Assembly: GCA_002011125.2 (NCBI GenBank)
Contig: MTMF02000009.1
Location: 1,288,989-1,352,988, forward strand
Origin: Candidatus Hydrothermarchaeum profundi
Lineage (GTDB): Archaea; Hydrothermarchaeota; Hydrothermarchaeia; Hydrothermarchaeales; Hydrothermarchaeaceae
Reading direction: 5' to 3'
Length of the DNA stretch: 64,000 nt
In this document: piece by piece, positions 35,764 to 46,206 of the stretch
How the letters are laid out: every line of letters begins with the position of its first letter
How positions within the stretch are numbered: the stretch's first letter is position 1
Translations under genes and position numbers: made by a program
The notes under the pieces: model-generated
The model's input: only the letters and a program-made list of their open reading frames with translations
The model's database searches: none
Told to the model about the DNA's origin: nothing

Positions 35764-37113
35764 ATGGAAGCTATTATAGCTACGAGATCACTGGACTACG
35801 TTTACCCAGATGGTACAAAGGCGTTGAAGGATATCAACGTTTCTATAGAGAGAGGGCTTAAAGTAGCTTTTATTGGTCCAAATGGAGCTGGGAAATCGAC
35901 TTTTCTGTTGCATCTCAATGGTATTTTAAGGCCTACTAGAGGGGAAGTTTTTATTGAGGGGAAGCCTCTAAAGTACGATAAGCAATCTTTAAAAAAGGTT
36001 AGGCAGAAGGTGGGTATGGTATTTCAAAACCCTGACGACCAACTATTCGCTCCTCAAGTATGGCAAGATGTGGCTTTTGGTCCGAGGAACATAGGGCTAC
36101 CTGAAAGTGAGGTAAGGGAAAGAGTTGACAAAGCATTGAAAATGGTTGGAATAGAACATCTCGCAGAGAAACCTCCTCATTTCTTGAGTGTAGGGCAAAA
36201 AAAGCGGGCAGCTATTGCTGGAATATTAGCTATGGATCCAGAGATCCTCGTATTAGACGAGCCTCTTAGCCATCTAGACCCTCAGGGTAGAAATGAACTT
36301 ATAGAAATCCTAGATGATCTAAGCTTCCTAGGTAAAACTATTCTCGTTGCAACTCATAGTGTAGAGTTCGCCTATTTTTGGGCGGATTACATATATGTAT
36401 TAATTTCTGGGACTATAAAATCTAGTGGAACTCCAGATGAAATTTTCAACGATTCAGAATTATTAAGTTCTGCCATGTTAGAGTCTCCAACACTTGTGGA
36501 GATTTATAATGAGCTTAAGGATAGAAAGTCGATATTAGGGAAAAAGACCCCAAAAAGCCGTCTTGACCTTATAAGCATGTTAGATGTGCCATTCTTAAAG
36601 TATATCGAGGCGCCTGAGGGAATAAGAGAAGGAGACACTGTGGAGCTAGCAATTGAAAATGGAAATCTTAAAATTCTTGGTGTGGCAGACTCTTCGTCAG
36701 ATAATAATTTAGGTGAAATAGTTGAGATAGTTAACGGAGAGTTAGCCGCTGTGAAAATACTGAGTCCAGGAGGTATAAAAAGAAGAGGAAAGATATTTAT
36801 CTGTAGTGTTGATTCCTTAGAAAAATCTAAGTTATTTGAGTTCCTAGATAATAATGATATTAAACATATAGGAGCAAAGGGTACCAGAGCGAAGCTATAT
36901 GCGCGTAGGGAAAATATACCTATGGATATTAAGAGAGATGTCATTAATGAAACAATGTTAAAAGCGCTTTCCGGTAAAAAGGTGCTACTGATTGTGAGTG
37001 ATGGAATGGTTGAAGCTACAAGAAAACTGTTAGAAGATTGTATAAAAGAGAATGGTTATGATCTCTCGATAGACATTCTTGCACGGGAATTAAAAGGGGA
37101 CCAGGTAGGCTAA
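35764..37113 (+). CDS. cbiO: Cobalt ECF transporter ATPase with C-terminal extension
   Basis: GPNGAGKST, FQNPDDQLF, LSVGQKKR, LDEP; about 190 aa extra C-terminal region; start refined. Confidence 0.9.
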   Translation: MEAIIATRSLDYVYPDGTKALKDINVSIERGLKVAFIGPNGAGKSTFLLHLNGILRPTRGEVFIEGKPLKYDKQSLKKVRQKVGMVFQNPDDQLFAPQVWQDVAFGPRNIGLPESEVRERVDKALKMVGIEHLAEKPPHFLSVGQKKRAAIAGILAMDPEILVLDEPLSHLDPQGRNELIEILDDLSFLGKTILVATHSVEFAYFWADYIYVLISGTIKSSGTPDEIFNDSELLSSAMLESPTLVEIYNELKDRKSILGKKTPKSRLDLISMLDVPFLKYIEAPEGIREGDTVELAIENGNLKILGVADSSSDNNLGEIVEIVNGELAAVKILSPGGIKRRGKIFICSVDSLEKSKLFEFLDNNDIKHIGAKGTRAKLYARRENIPMDIKRDVINETMLKALSGKKVLLIVSDGMVEATRKLLEDCIKENGYDLSIDILARELKGDQVG

Positions 37114-37164
37114 AAGCCTATGAATCTGGGAGGAGAGGTAATCTATAGAAAGCGAGGTGAAAAA

Positions 37165-37569
37165 ATGATAGGCGTTGTTGTAGTTGGGCATGGAAGTAGA
37201 CTACCGCAGAGTAAGGGTATCTACGAGGAGATTGGTAGGAAGGTCGCAGAGAAGTCGGGTTTCGAGGTTAAAGTCGGTTATATGAAACACTGGCGTCCTA
37301 CTCTTGTTGAAGCCATAAACTCGTTTATAAAAGAGGGTAAGAAAAAAATAGTTATCGTGCCTGTTTTCCTTCTCCCCGGATTACATGTTTCTGAAGATAT
37401 TCCAGTCTTACTTGGACTAAAAGAAGGAGAATCGCCCGAGTTTGGCTATGAAAGAATAAATGTCCCAGATGATGTTGAAATCTTCTATGCTAATAGTTTG
37501 GGAGCGGATGAGAGACTGGCCGATATCGTGGTTGATAGGATACATGAGTCCTTGAATGGATCTAAATAA
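37165..37569 (+). CDS. cbiX: Sirohydrochlorin chelatase, short CbiX
   Basis: VGHGSR, VP.FL.PG.HV.EDIP; start refined to the ATG after GAGGTGA. Confidence 0.9.
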   Translation: MIGVVVVGHGSRLPQSKGIYEEIGRKVAEKSGFEVKVGYMKHWRPTLVEAINSFIKEGKKKIVIVPVFLLPGLHVSEDIPVLLGLKEGESPEFGYERINVPDDVEIFYANSLGADERLADIVVDRIHESLNGSK

Positions 37570-37624
37570 GTTAAATAATAGAGGTAGCAAGCATTATAAA
37601 TAGTTTGCAGAGAGGTGATATAAA

Positions 37625-38332
37625 GTGGATCTTTTTATCTTTATCTTCGCATCAATTTCAATTGCGGTACTTCATACGCTTGTTCCAGACCACTATTTAC
37701 CAATAGCTTTGTTGGCACAGGCGCAAAATTGGAGTCTGAGGAAGACAGCTTTGATAACCGGACTTGCAGGGATGGGACATGTAGCGACTTCTATAGTTAT
37801 AGGTATTTTAGCTATGGGGATTAGTATGCAATTTTCTGAAAACTTGGCTTCAAAGGCTGAGTTATTAACTAAGGGGATGCTAATATCTTTTGGTCTTTTA
37901 TATACCCTTTATGCAGTTAAGTCAGGTGGACATCTGCACTACCATCATTCTCACGGCGCTTCTGATGTCCATGAGCATAAGAAAAAAAACGGAATTGGAG
38001 TCACAGGTTATACTATGGCTCTTATCGTAGGGCTAATGCCCTGTGTGCCAGCGATACCAATATTTATTTCAGCAAGTTTAAAGAGCACATATTACGCTGC
38101 CTTATCTATGGTAGCGTTTGCGATTTTCACTTTATTAACAATGTATATTATGGTGCTTGTAAGTATCGCTCCAAAGAAATACGGCTTAATGCCACCTATA
38201 ATAAGGAGGAATATGGATATAATCTCTGGAATTATAATTTTTCTTACAGGCATCATCATCACGATATTTGACCTAAGAAATAAGAAGAGTCCCAAAAGAT
38301 TCTTAGTTGATAAAACGGAGGCTTATGTTTGA
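37625..38332 (+). CDS. Ni/Co transporter-like membrane protein (NiCoT/UreH/RcnA-like)
   Basis: HTLVPDH (HX4DH), G.GH, His-rich loop GHLHYHHSH, GLMPC. Confidence 0.75.
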   Translation: MDLFIFIFASISIAVLHTLVPDHYLPIALLAQAQNWSLRKTALITGLAGMGHVATSIVIGILAMGISMQFSENLASKAELLTKGMLISFGLLYTLYAVKSGGHLHYHHSHGASDVHEHKKKNGIGVTGYTMALIVGLMPCVPAIPIFISASLKSTYYAALSMVAFAIFTLLTMYIMVLVSIAPKKYGLMPPIIRRNMDIISGIIIFLTGIIITIFDLRNKKSPKRFLVDKTEAYV

Positions 38333-38919
38333 AGGGAAAGGAAATAGAAGAAAAAAGCTTTGAGATTATAGAAGAGAGGCTTAAGAATTTTCCTTCGCCA
38401 GAGAGAGAGGTTATAAAAAGGATAGTTCATACCACCGCAGATTTTAGCTTAGCGGACTTAGTAGTGTTTCATAATGACCCAGTTCATAAAGGTATAGAGG
38501 CGATAAAGTCTAATAAGAGAATATTTACTGATGTGAGAATGGTCCAGGCAGGAATTACTCGGTACAAGGGTGAAGTAAAATGTCTCATCGATACTGAGGA
38601 GGTTAAATCATTTTCAGAGTCTTCTGGGAAAACTAGGGCAGCGTCAGCATTTCAGTTGGCTCGCGGAGAATTAGATGGAGCGATTATTGCAATAGGGAAT
38701 GCTCCAACAGCATTATTGGAAGTCTGCTCCCTTATTGAGGACGGTATTTCTCCTTCCCTTGTAGTTGGAACGCCGGTGGGGTTCGTAAGCGCCGAGGAAT
38801 CTAAAGAGAGAATATTACAATATGATGTTCCATCGATAGTGGTTAGAGGGAAGAGGGGGGGTAGCAATATCGCAGCAGCTATAATAAATGCGCTTATTAT
38901 TCTATCAGAGAAAGAATGA
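38329..38919 (+). CDS. cbiC: Cobalt-precorrin-8 methylmutase
   Basis: IEEKSFEII, RIVHTTAD, IGNAPTAL, PVGFV, RGGSNIAAA. Confidence 0.95.
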   Translation: MKGKEIEEKSFEIIEERLKNFPSPEREVIKRIVHTTADFSLADLVVFHNDPVHKGIEAIKSNKRIFTDVRMVQAGITRYKGEVKCLIDTEEVKSFSESSGKTRAASAFQLARGELDGAIIAIGNAPTALLEVCSLIEDGISPSLVVGTPVGFVSAEESKERILQYDVPSIVVRGKRGGSNIAAAIINALIILSEKE

Positions 38920-40022
38920 AGCCGTATGTAATTAGAAAAGGTAAAGTCTTAAGAAGGGGTTTTACGACAGGAACGTATTCTGCCGCGGCAGCAAAGGCCG
39001 CAGTTAGCATGTTGTTTGGCGTCCCTATAGATACAGTAAAAGTAGAGTTACCTATTGGTGCAGAAGTTAAAATAAAGATTTCTAAAGCTTTTAAAGAAAA
39101 AGGCAAGGCTGTGTGTTGCGTCGTAAAAGATGCGGGAGATGACCCGGATGTTACTCATAAAGCAGAAATCTGTGTAAAAGCAAAAAAGATCAGTAAGGGC
39201 ATTGAATTAAAGGGAGGCGAGGGAGTAGGTATTGTCACTAAACCAGGATTACAAGTAAGGGTAGGAGAGCCTGCAATAAATCCAGTTCCAAGAAAAATGA
39301 TTTTTAATGAAATAAAGAAAGTATTGCCTAAAGGCGCTGGAGTTGAGGTTACAGTCTTTGTTCCTAAGGGCGAGGAGTTAGCTAAAAAAACAATGAACGA
39401 AAGGCTTGGGATAGTAGGGGGGATATCTATCCTTGGTACTACAGGTGTTGTGGAGCCTATGTCAGAAGAAGCATTTAAAGAATCATTAGTTCCTCAAATA
39501 GGCGTAGCGTTGGCTCAAGGATATAAAGAAGTAGTACTTACCCCTGGCCGAATAGGAGAAAAGAATGCTTTGAAGCTAGGTATACCGGAGGATGCTATAG
39601 TTCAAATGGGAAATTTCGTAGGCTTTATGCTTCGTGAATGTGCGAAGAGAGGAGTGGAGAAAGCCGTTCTTTTTGGGCATGTTGGAAAATTAACAAAAGT
39701 GGCAGCAGGATTTTTTAATACACATAGTAAGATCTCAGATTCGAGAATAGAGACTATAACGAGACATGCAATCAAGCTAGGTATAGAAGAAGATATTATA
39801 TGTATGGTAATGGATGCTAATACTGCTGAACATGCTCTTCAAATACTAAAGGATAAAAGTAAATTACATATTTTTGATTCTATAGCGGAAGAAGTGGTGA
39901 GAAAAGCAGTAGAATTCGCAGGAGGAAAAATGGAGATTGGTGCGGCGTTGCTTTCCTTGGATGGAGAGATTGTAGGGAAATATAACTTGGAGGCCTGTAG
40001 ATGGGGAAAATATATGTTATAG
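38916..40022 (+). CDS. cbiD: Cobalt-precorrin-5B C1-methyltransferase
   Basis: LRRGFTTG, KDAGDDPDVT, AINPVPR, GGISILGTTG; TAG stop. Confidence 0.96.
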   Translation: MKPYVIRKGKVLRRGFTTGTYSAAAAKAAVSMLFGVPIDTVKVELPIGAEVKIKISKAFKEKGKAVCCVVKDAGDDPDVTHKAEICVKAKKISKGIELKGGEGVGIVTKPGLQVRVGEPAINPVPRKMIFNEIKKVLPKGAGVEVTVFVPKGEELAKKTMNERLGIVGGISILGTTGVVEPMSEEAFKESLVPQIGVALAQGYKEVVLTPGRIGEKNALKLGIPEDAIVQMGNFVGFMLRECAKRGVEKAVLFGHVGKLTKVAAGFFNTHSKISDSRIETITRHAIKLGIEEDIICMVMDANTAEHALQILKDKSKLHIFDSIAEEVVRKAVEFAGGKMEIGAALLSLDGEIVGKYNLEACRWGKYML

Positions 40023-41185
40023 GTACTGGTCCCGGATCGATAGATTATTTAACTCCTGCAGCAAGGAAGGCGGTAGAAAAAGCAGATGTTATCGTTGGAG
40101 GAAAGAATGCCCTGTCTCTATTCTCCTTTAATAAGCCTAATAAATTCATAGATAAAGAACTGCGGAGTGTTCTTGAATATATTTCAGATAATAGGGAAAA
40201 AAATATAGCAGTCTTAACCTCTGGAGACCCAGGATTTTATAGTATACTCGGGCTTTTGACTAAGAATTTTCCTAGGGAAGATATAGAAGTCATACCTGGA
40301 ATTAGCTCGGTTCAACTGTGCTTCGCTAAGTTAAAGGATAGCTGGCATGATGCGAGATTCATTAGTCTCCATGGACGTAATATTGAAAATTTATTGACTA
40401 TCCATGGCGAAAAAATCGTGATTTTAACAGATGAAGCTTCAAAGCCAGAGAAAATCGCTCAATATCTATTGGATAGAGGGATTAAAGGTAGAGCGTGGGT
40501 ATGTGATAGTCTCTGTCAGTCATCTGAGCGCATTATAGAATCAGATTTAAGGGGGATATCAAGCAAGAAGTTTTCTGGAAATGCTATAATGGTAGTTAAA
40601 CCCTCTATAGAGCGAAAATGGAGGCATCGTACTCCGGGTATACCGGACAAGCTCTTTGAAAAAGGCGGGTCTCCGATGACTAAGGAAGAAGTAAGGGTGA
40701 TAACAATATCTAAAGCGAGAATTAATAGGGATAGCGTAGTATATGACATAGGATCGGGTACTGGTTCTATAGCGATTGAGGCCGCGATACAAGCTGATAT
40801 GGGAAAAGTATATTCTATCGAAAAAAACCCTGAAAGGTGTAAGATAATTATGAAGAATATTCTGGCGTTTGGGCTTCCAAATATCGAGGTTGTGCAGGGA
40901 GAAGCTCCAGAGGTTATAGAGAGCCTTTCACCGGCGGATAGGATTATAGTGGGGGGTAGTGGTGGAAAAATAAGAGAAATCATAGAGGCTAGTATTACTA
41001 AACTCAAGAGAGATGGCGTGATAGTAATAAATGCATTTAAAGAAGAAACGATTAAAGAATCAACGAAAACTCTGAAAGACTTAAATTTAAATTACAATAT
41101 TACTACTGTTTCGATAGAAAGAATTCGCGGTGGAAGCGTTGCTAAATTAAATCCAATTTCTATAATAGATGCAAGGAGGCAATGA
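40001..41185 (+). CDS. cbiET: Fused cobalt-precorrin-7 C5/C15 methyltransferase
   Basis: SGDPGFY, PGISS, SLHGR; [21 protein letters not shown]. Confidence 0.93.
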   Translation: MGKIYVIGTGPGSIDYLTPAARKAVEKADVIVGGKNALSLFSFNKPNKFIDKELRSVLEYISDNREKNIAVLTSGDPGFYSILGLLTKNFPREDIEVIPGISSVQLCFAKLKDSWHDARFISLHGRNIENLLTIHGEKIVILTDEASKPEKIAQYLLDRGIKGRAWVCDSLCQSSERIIESDLRGISSKKFSGNAIMVVKPSIERKWRHRTPGIPDKLFEKGGSPMTKEEVRVITISKARINRDSVVYDIGSGTGSIAIEAAIQADMGKVYSIEKNPERCKIIMKNILAFGLPNIEVVQGEAPEVIESLSPADRIIVGGSGGKIREIIEASITKLKRDGVIVINAFKEETIKESTKTLKDLNLNYNITTVSIERIRGGSVAKLNPISIIDARRQ

Positions 41186-41186
41186 A

Positions 41187-42245
41187 ATGAAGATAGAAGA
41201 TGTAGTTTCTAAGATTGGTCCCTTAAATGAAGAAGCTATGAAAAAAGCGAGGGATAGACAGGATAATCTCACAAAGCCTCAGGGAAGCCTAGGTAGACTT
41301 GAAGAGATATCCATTAGAATAGCAGGCGTCAAGGGTGAAGAAAGACCTAAAATTAAGAGAAAAGTGATCTTCACTGCGGCAGGAGACCATGGGGTAGTCG
41401 AAGAGGGAGTAAGTGCTTACCCCCAGGAAGTAACTCCGCAGATGGTTTTTAATTTCCTCTCAGGAGGAGCTGCGATAAATGTTTTGGCTAGACATGTTGG
41501 AGCGGATATTGTAGTAGTCGATATGGGTGTGGCATATGATTTTGAAGCTAATCCAAAACTGATAATTAAAAAAGTAGCTAAGGGCACTAAAAACATGGCT
41601 AAAGAGCCTGCGATGAGCAGAGAAGAAGCTATTAAAGCTATCGAAGGAGGGATAGAGGCTTTCGAAGAAGAATATACTAAAAATCCAATGGACATTATAG
41701 GTATAGGAGACATGGGCATAGGCAATACTACACCAAGTAGTGCTATTGCTGCCGTGATAACTGGAAAAAAGGTAAGCGAGGTAACAGGCAGAGGAACTGG
41801 AATCGATGACGAAGCACTTCAAAACAAAATAAGGGTAATTGAGAAGGCCATAGAAGTTAATAATCCTGACCCAAAAGATCCGCTAGACGTTCTCTCAAAG
41901 GTGGGCGGCTTTGAGATAGGAGGTTTGGCGGGTATCTGCCTAGCCGCTGCATCAAAGAGGGTGCCCGTCGTCATTGATGGTTTTATTGCGACTGCTGGAG
42001 CTTTAATTGCAGGAGAGATTGCACGTAAGGCACGTGATTACATGATAGCTGCGCATAAATCAGTAGAAATTGGGCATATTGCCATGCTGAATCACTTGGG
42101 GTTAACTCCGCTCATGGATCTCGATATGCGACTTGGAGAAGGTACAGGTGCGGCCCTCGGTATGTTTATAGTTGAAGCAAGTGTTAAAATACTGGACGAA
42201 ATGGCAACTTTCGCAGAGGCTGGAGTAAGCGAGAAGGAAAAGTGA
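41187..42245 (+). CDS. cobT: Nicotinate-nucleotide--dimethylbenzimidazole phosphoribosyltransferase (bacterial type)
   Basis: [39 protein letters not shown]; start refined. Confidence 0.95.
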   Translation: MKIEDVVSKIGPLNEEAMKKARDRQDNLTKPQGSLGRLEEISIRIAGVKGEERPKIKRKVIFTAAGDHGVVEEGVSAYPQEVTPQMVFNFLSGGAAINVLARHVGADIVVVDMGVAYDFEANPKLIIKKVAKGTKNMAKEPAMSREEAIKAIEGGIEAFEEEYTKNPMDIIGIGDMGIGNTTPSSAIAAVITGKKVSEVTGRGTGIDDEALQNKIRVIEKAIEVNNPDPKDPLDVLSKVGGFEIGGLAGICLAAASKRVPVVIDGFIATAGALIAGEIARKARDYMIAAHKSVEIGHIAMLNHLGLTPLMDLDMRLGEGTGAALGMFIVEASVKILDEMATFAEAGVSEKEK

Positions 42246-42253
42246 TAGTTTAA

Positions 42254-42958
42254 ATGCCGGTAGGAAAACTTTATGGGGTAGGCCTTGGACCAGGAGACCC
42301 CAAGCTAATTACTATTAAAGCGAAGGAAATTTTAGAGGAGGTAGATGTAGTTTGTGCGCCTATATCGAAGGTAGGCAGGAGAAGCATTGCGCTAGAGATG
42401 GTTAAACCATACGTTAAGGGTAAAGAGATTTTAACTCTCCTGTTTCCAATGCACACCGACCCTGATATATTACGGCCTTATTGGGAGAAGGCAGGGGCTG
42501 AAATATGTAACAGGCTAAAAGAGGGGAAGGATGTAGCTTTTATTACTATAGGAGACCCCTCGTTTTATTCTACTTTTATTAATGTGATGGAAATAATAAG
42601 GGAAAGACAACGTGATGCAGAAATAATAACCATACCAGGGGTAGCTTCAATACTCGCGTGTTTCGCTGGTTTAAATGAGCCGCTCGTAGATAAGGATGAA
42701 AAACTCGCCGTCTTCCCTGCGGAATACGGCCTTGAGGAATTAGAAGAAATCTCAAAATTTTTTGATACAATAGTCCTAATGAAGGTTTCCAGGAGTTTTG
42801 ATAAGATTTATAAAAAACTTGATAAACTTGGACTCCTAGATAAAGCTGTATTAGTATCTAAGTGTGGTACACGAGATTTCTTTTCATCACCATTAAGAGA
42901 GGTAAAGGGAAAGGTGGATTTCCTATCCATGATCATTTTGAAGGGGTTAAGAGGATGA
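42254..42958 (+). CDS. cbiL: Cobalt-precorrin-2 C20-methyltransferase
   Basis: LYGVGLGPGDP.LIT.KA, FPM, T.GDPSFYST, VLMK. Confidence 0.93.
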   Translation: MPVGKLYGVGLGPGDPKLITIKAKEILEEVDVVCAPISKVGRRSIALEMVKPYVKGKEILTLLFPMHTDPDILRPYWEKAGAEICNRLKEGKDVAFITIGDPSFYSTFINVMEIIRERQRDAEIITIPGVASILACFAGLNEPLVDKDEKLAVFPAEYGLEELEEISKFFDTIVLMKVSRSFDKIYKKLDKLGLLDKAVLVSKCGTRDFFSSPLREVKGKVDFLSMIILKGLRG

Positions 42959-43707
42959 CAGTTTACATTGTCGGTGCAGGCCCGGGAGATCCGGAGCTTA
43001 TAACCCTCAAGGGTAAGAAGGTCATTGAAAAAGCAGACATTATAATCTATGCAGGATCGTTAGTAAATCAGAGGATTCTGGATTATGCAAGAACAGACGC
43101 AGAACGCTATAACAGTGCAGGTATGACTCTTGAAGAAATCCTCAAGGTAATATCGGAGGGTGTGAAAGAAGGAAAGTCGGTTGTACGTATCCATAGCGGC
43201 GACCCCAGTATATATGGAGCTATAGGAGAACAAATCCGAAGACTGGATGAGCTGGGCATCCAGTACGAGATAATTCCAGGGGTAAGCTCATTTTTAGCTG
43301 CAGCCGCCTCGCTTAAAAAAGAATATACCCTGCCGGGAGTTTCGCAGACCGTGATTATCACTAGGATGGGGGGGAGAACCAAGGTACCTAAAAAAGAAAG
43401 TTTGGGGGATTTAGCGAAACACCGGGCTAGTATGTGTATTTTCTTAAGTGCACAACTCGTTGAGAAGGTTACGGAGGAGTTAAAGAAAGGATATCCTGGA
43501 GATACTCCCGTTGCCGTAGTATATAAAGCCTCATGGGATGATGAGAAAATTATAATGACTAATCTCCAAGAGCTACCTAAAGCCGTTAAAGAATCGGGTA
43601 TAACTCGGACCGCTTTGATATTAATCGGAGAATTCCTACATACAATTGGGGAGGACTCAAAGCTTTATCATAAGGACTTTGAGCATGGTTATAGGAGGAA
43701 GAAATGA
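42955..43707 (+). CDS. cbiF: Cobalt-precorrin-4 C11-methyltransferase
   Basis: GAGPGDPELIT, YAGSLV, HSGDPSIYGA, SQTVIITR; start refined. Confidence 0.95.
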   Translation: MTVYIVGAGPGDPELITLKGKKVIEKADIIIYAGSLVNQRILDYARTDAERYNSAGMTLEEILKVISEGVKEGKSVVRIHSGDPSIYGAIGEQIRRLDELGIQYEIIPGVSSFLAAAASLKKEYTLPGVSQTVIITRMGGRTKVPKKESLGDLAKHRASMCIFLSAQLVEKVTEELKKGYPGDTPVAVVYKASWDDEKIIMTNLQELPKAVKESGITRTALILIGEFLHTIGEDSKLYHKDFEHGYRRKK

Positions 43708-44702
43708 AGATTGCGGTCTTATCTATAACGAAGGGAGGTAAAAAAACAGCGGAAAGGGTTTCTTCTGCTTTACAGGAGCACAATGTCGAATTATTGGAGC
43801 CCTCCTCTATTAGCAGGGAGGTGGCACGAATATTCGGCAAGTATGATGCCCTCGTGTTTGTTATGGCTACGGGAATCGTAGTTAGAGCTATATCTAGACA
43901 TATTAAAGATAAGAGAACGGATCCTGCTGTGGTTGTGTTAGATGAGAAAGGAAAATTTGTAATCAGTCTCCTTTCAGGACATCTAGGAGGAGCAAATGAA
44001 TTAGCGAGACATATAGCAGAAAAATTGAATGCTGTACCTGTGATTACTACCGCTACCGACGTACTTGGACTCCCTTCGGTAGAGGAGATAGCTAAAGGTA
44101 ATGATCTTGAGATTGAAGACTATGTAGATGTGAAAAAAGTAAATGCTGCAATTGTTAATGGAAAAAAAGTTGGTATTGCGACCGATCTATCTTCACTTTC
44201 TAATCTCTCAGATAGATTCCCATTAATAAGACTACAAGATGTTGGCAATACGGATTTGGATGTATTGATTGTAATCACAAACAAAAAAATAGACATAGAG
44301 AAACCATGTGTTTTTTTGAGACCAAAGAATCTAATCGTTGGTATAGGCGCAAGAAGGGGTATAAGTAAAGAGAAGGTATTAGCGGCAATACACAGGGCAT
44401 TTGATCAAGGTAAGTTGAGTATCCATAGTCTGAAGGCTGTATGTACTCCAGAGTTTAAAGCTAAAGAGAAGGGAATCATAGAAGCATCTTTAGAGCTGGG
44501 AGTGCCCTTGATAAAAGTTTCGATTGATGAGATAAAAAGTGTGGAGGATCTTTTTGAGGCATCAGAATTTGTTGCGAGTAAAGTAGGATTAAGGGCGGTA
44601 AGTGAACCTTGTGCTATGTTAGGAGGGAAGTCGGCTAAGTTGATAAGGAAAAAAATGAAATCTAATGGTGTTACTGTAGCGGTAGCGGAGGAAGAACTGT
44701 GA
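43704..44702 (+). CDS. cbiG: Cobalt-precorrin-5A hydrolase
   Basis: MATGIVVR, DPAVVV, LLSGHLGGAN, VITTATD, VSEP.A. Confidence 0.95.
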   Translation: MKIAVLSITKGGKKTAERVSSALQEHNVELLEPSSISREVARIFGKYDALVFVMATGIVVRAISRHIKDKRTDPAVVVLDEKGKFVISLLSGHLGGANELARHIAEKLNAVPVITTATDVLGLPSVEEIAKGNDLEIEDYVDVKKVNAAIVNGKKVGIATDLSSLSNLSDRFPLIRLQDVGNTDLDVLIVITNKKIDIEKPCVFLRPKNLIVGIGARRGISKEKVLAAIHRAFDQGKLSIHSLKAVCTPEFKAKEKGIIEASLELGVPLIKVSIDEIKSVEDLFEASEFVASKVGLRAVSEPCAMLGGKSAKLIRKKMKSNGVTVAVAEEEL

Positions 44703-45430
44703 TAGGAAAAGTTATACTAGTTGGGATCGGCCCTGGAGCTAAAGAGCATATGAGCCTCAGAGCACTTAAGGCTTTAGAAGAGGCAGAGGTGATTATAGGG
44801 TATAAAACTTACTTGGACCTTGTGAAAGAGCTTATTGAGGGAAAGGAGATCATTTCTAAGAGCATGAAACAGGAGATGGAGAGAGCAAAGCTTGCAGTAG
44901 AGGAGGCAAAAAAAGGCAAAAAAGTAGCGGTAGTTAGCAGTGGAGATCCTGGAATATATGCGATGGGGAGCGCTGTCTTCGAGTATCTTATGGAAACAGG
45001 TAGTGAAGTTGACGTTGAGGTAGTTCCAGGTATTACTGCAGCAACAGCTGCCGCAGCTCGTTTAGGAGCGCCGTTGGGTAATGATTTTGCGGTTATTAGC
45101 CTTAGCGACTTATTAACGCCTTGGGAAGTCATTGTAAAGAGAGTAGAAGAAGCGGTTAAAGGGGACTTTGTACTAGTATTATACAACCCCAAAAGTAAGG
45201 GTAGAGTAAAGCAGATAGAAAAAGCAGCGGAGATTATAATGAAGTATAGAGGGGAAGAAACGCCCGTTGGGATAGTGAAGAATGCTATGAGGCCAGGTGA
45301 GGAGTTAGTCATAACTACTTTAGGGGAGATGTTAAATTATCCTATTGACATGCTCACTACCGTTATTGTAGGTAATAAAGAAACTTTCATTTATAAAGGT
45401 AAGATGATAACTCCGAGAGGTTATAAATGA
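44699..45430 (+). CDS. cbiH: Cobalt-precorrin-3B C17-methyltransferase
   Basis: SSGDPGIYAM, GAPL..DF..ISLSDLLTPW, YNP.S..R, MITPRGY. Confidence 0.95.
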   Translation: MIGKVILVGIGPGAKEHMSLRALKALEEAEVIIGYKTYLDLVKELIEGKEIISKSMKQEMERAKLAVEEAKKGKKVAVVSSGDPGIYAMGSAVFEYLMETGSEVDVEVVPGITAATAAAARLGAPLGNDFAVISLSDLLTPWEVIVKRVEEAVKGDFVLVLYNPKSKGRVKQIEKAAEIIMKYRGEETPVGIVKNAMRPGEELVITTLGEMLNYPIDMLTTVIVGNKETFIYKGKMITPRGYK

Positions 45431-46206
45431 TAATGGTCATATCCGGAACCAAGGATAGTAGAGAAATTATTAGACTTATCAAGGAAAATGGATATAAAGT
45501 TCTGGCAACCTCAGTTACAGATTACGGCTCGGAACTTACTAGAGAGTCAGGAGCAGACATTGTTTTAACTGGCGTCTTGGATAGATCAGGGATAGTAAAT
45601 ACGATAGTAAAGAACAATATAGAAGCGGTCATAGATGCTACTCACCCCTTCGCGGTTGAAGCTAGTAGAAATGCTATTCAGGCATGCAAAGAAACGGGAA
45701 TAAGTTATTTGAGATTTGAAAGAAAACCTTCACCTCTTCCGGATGATCCTTTGATCCATTATTCGACAGGATTTGAGGAAGCTGGGCGTATAGCTTCTGG
45801 ACTTGGAGATAATATCTTCTATACAGCAGGTGTAAAAGGTCTTGCTCGTTTTTTAAAAGGCGTAGGGGATATAAACAAGAAAAATATTATCGTGCGGGTT
45901 ATACCTGAGTGTGAATCTATTAGAAAGTGTTTGGAGTGCGGGATACCTATGGCAAACATAATTGCAGTTCAGGGTCCTTTTAGCATGGAATTAAATAAAG
46001 CGATGTTAAGGGAATATAGGAGCGATGTCATTGTTACCAAAGAAAGCGGTAATGTAGGTGGAACTAATACGAAAGTGCAAGCAGCTTTTAAAATAGGGAT
46101 ACCTATAGTTGTTATAAGTCGACCCAGAGTTTCTTATCCAGAGATTGTAAGTACTCCTAAAGAAGTGATAGAATGGATATCGAGAATTTCGTATCAAAAG
46201 AGATAA
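45427..46206 (+). CDS. cbiJ: Cobalt-precorrin-6A reductase
   Basis: GT.DSR, IDATHPFA, GPFS.ELN, VTKESG..GG. Confidence 0.94.
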   Translation: MIMVISGTKDSREIIRLIKENGYKVLATSVTDYGSELTRESGADIVLTGVLDRSGIVNTIVKNNIEAVIDATHPFAVEASRNAIQACKETGISYLRFERKPSPLPDDPLIHYSTGFEEAGRIASGLGDNIFYTAGVKGLARFLKGVGDINKKNIIVRVIPECESIRKCLECGIPMANIIAVQGPFSMELNKAMLREYRSDVIVTKESGNVGGTNTKVQAAFKIGIPIVVISRPRVSYPEIVSTPKEVIEWISRISYQKR

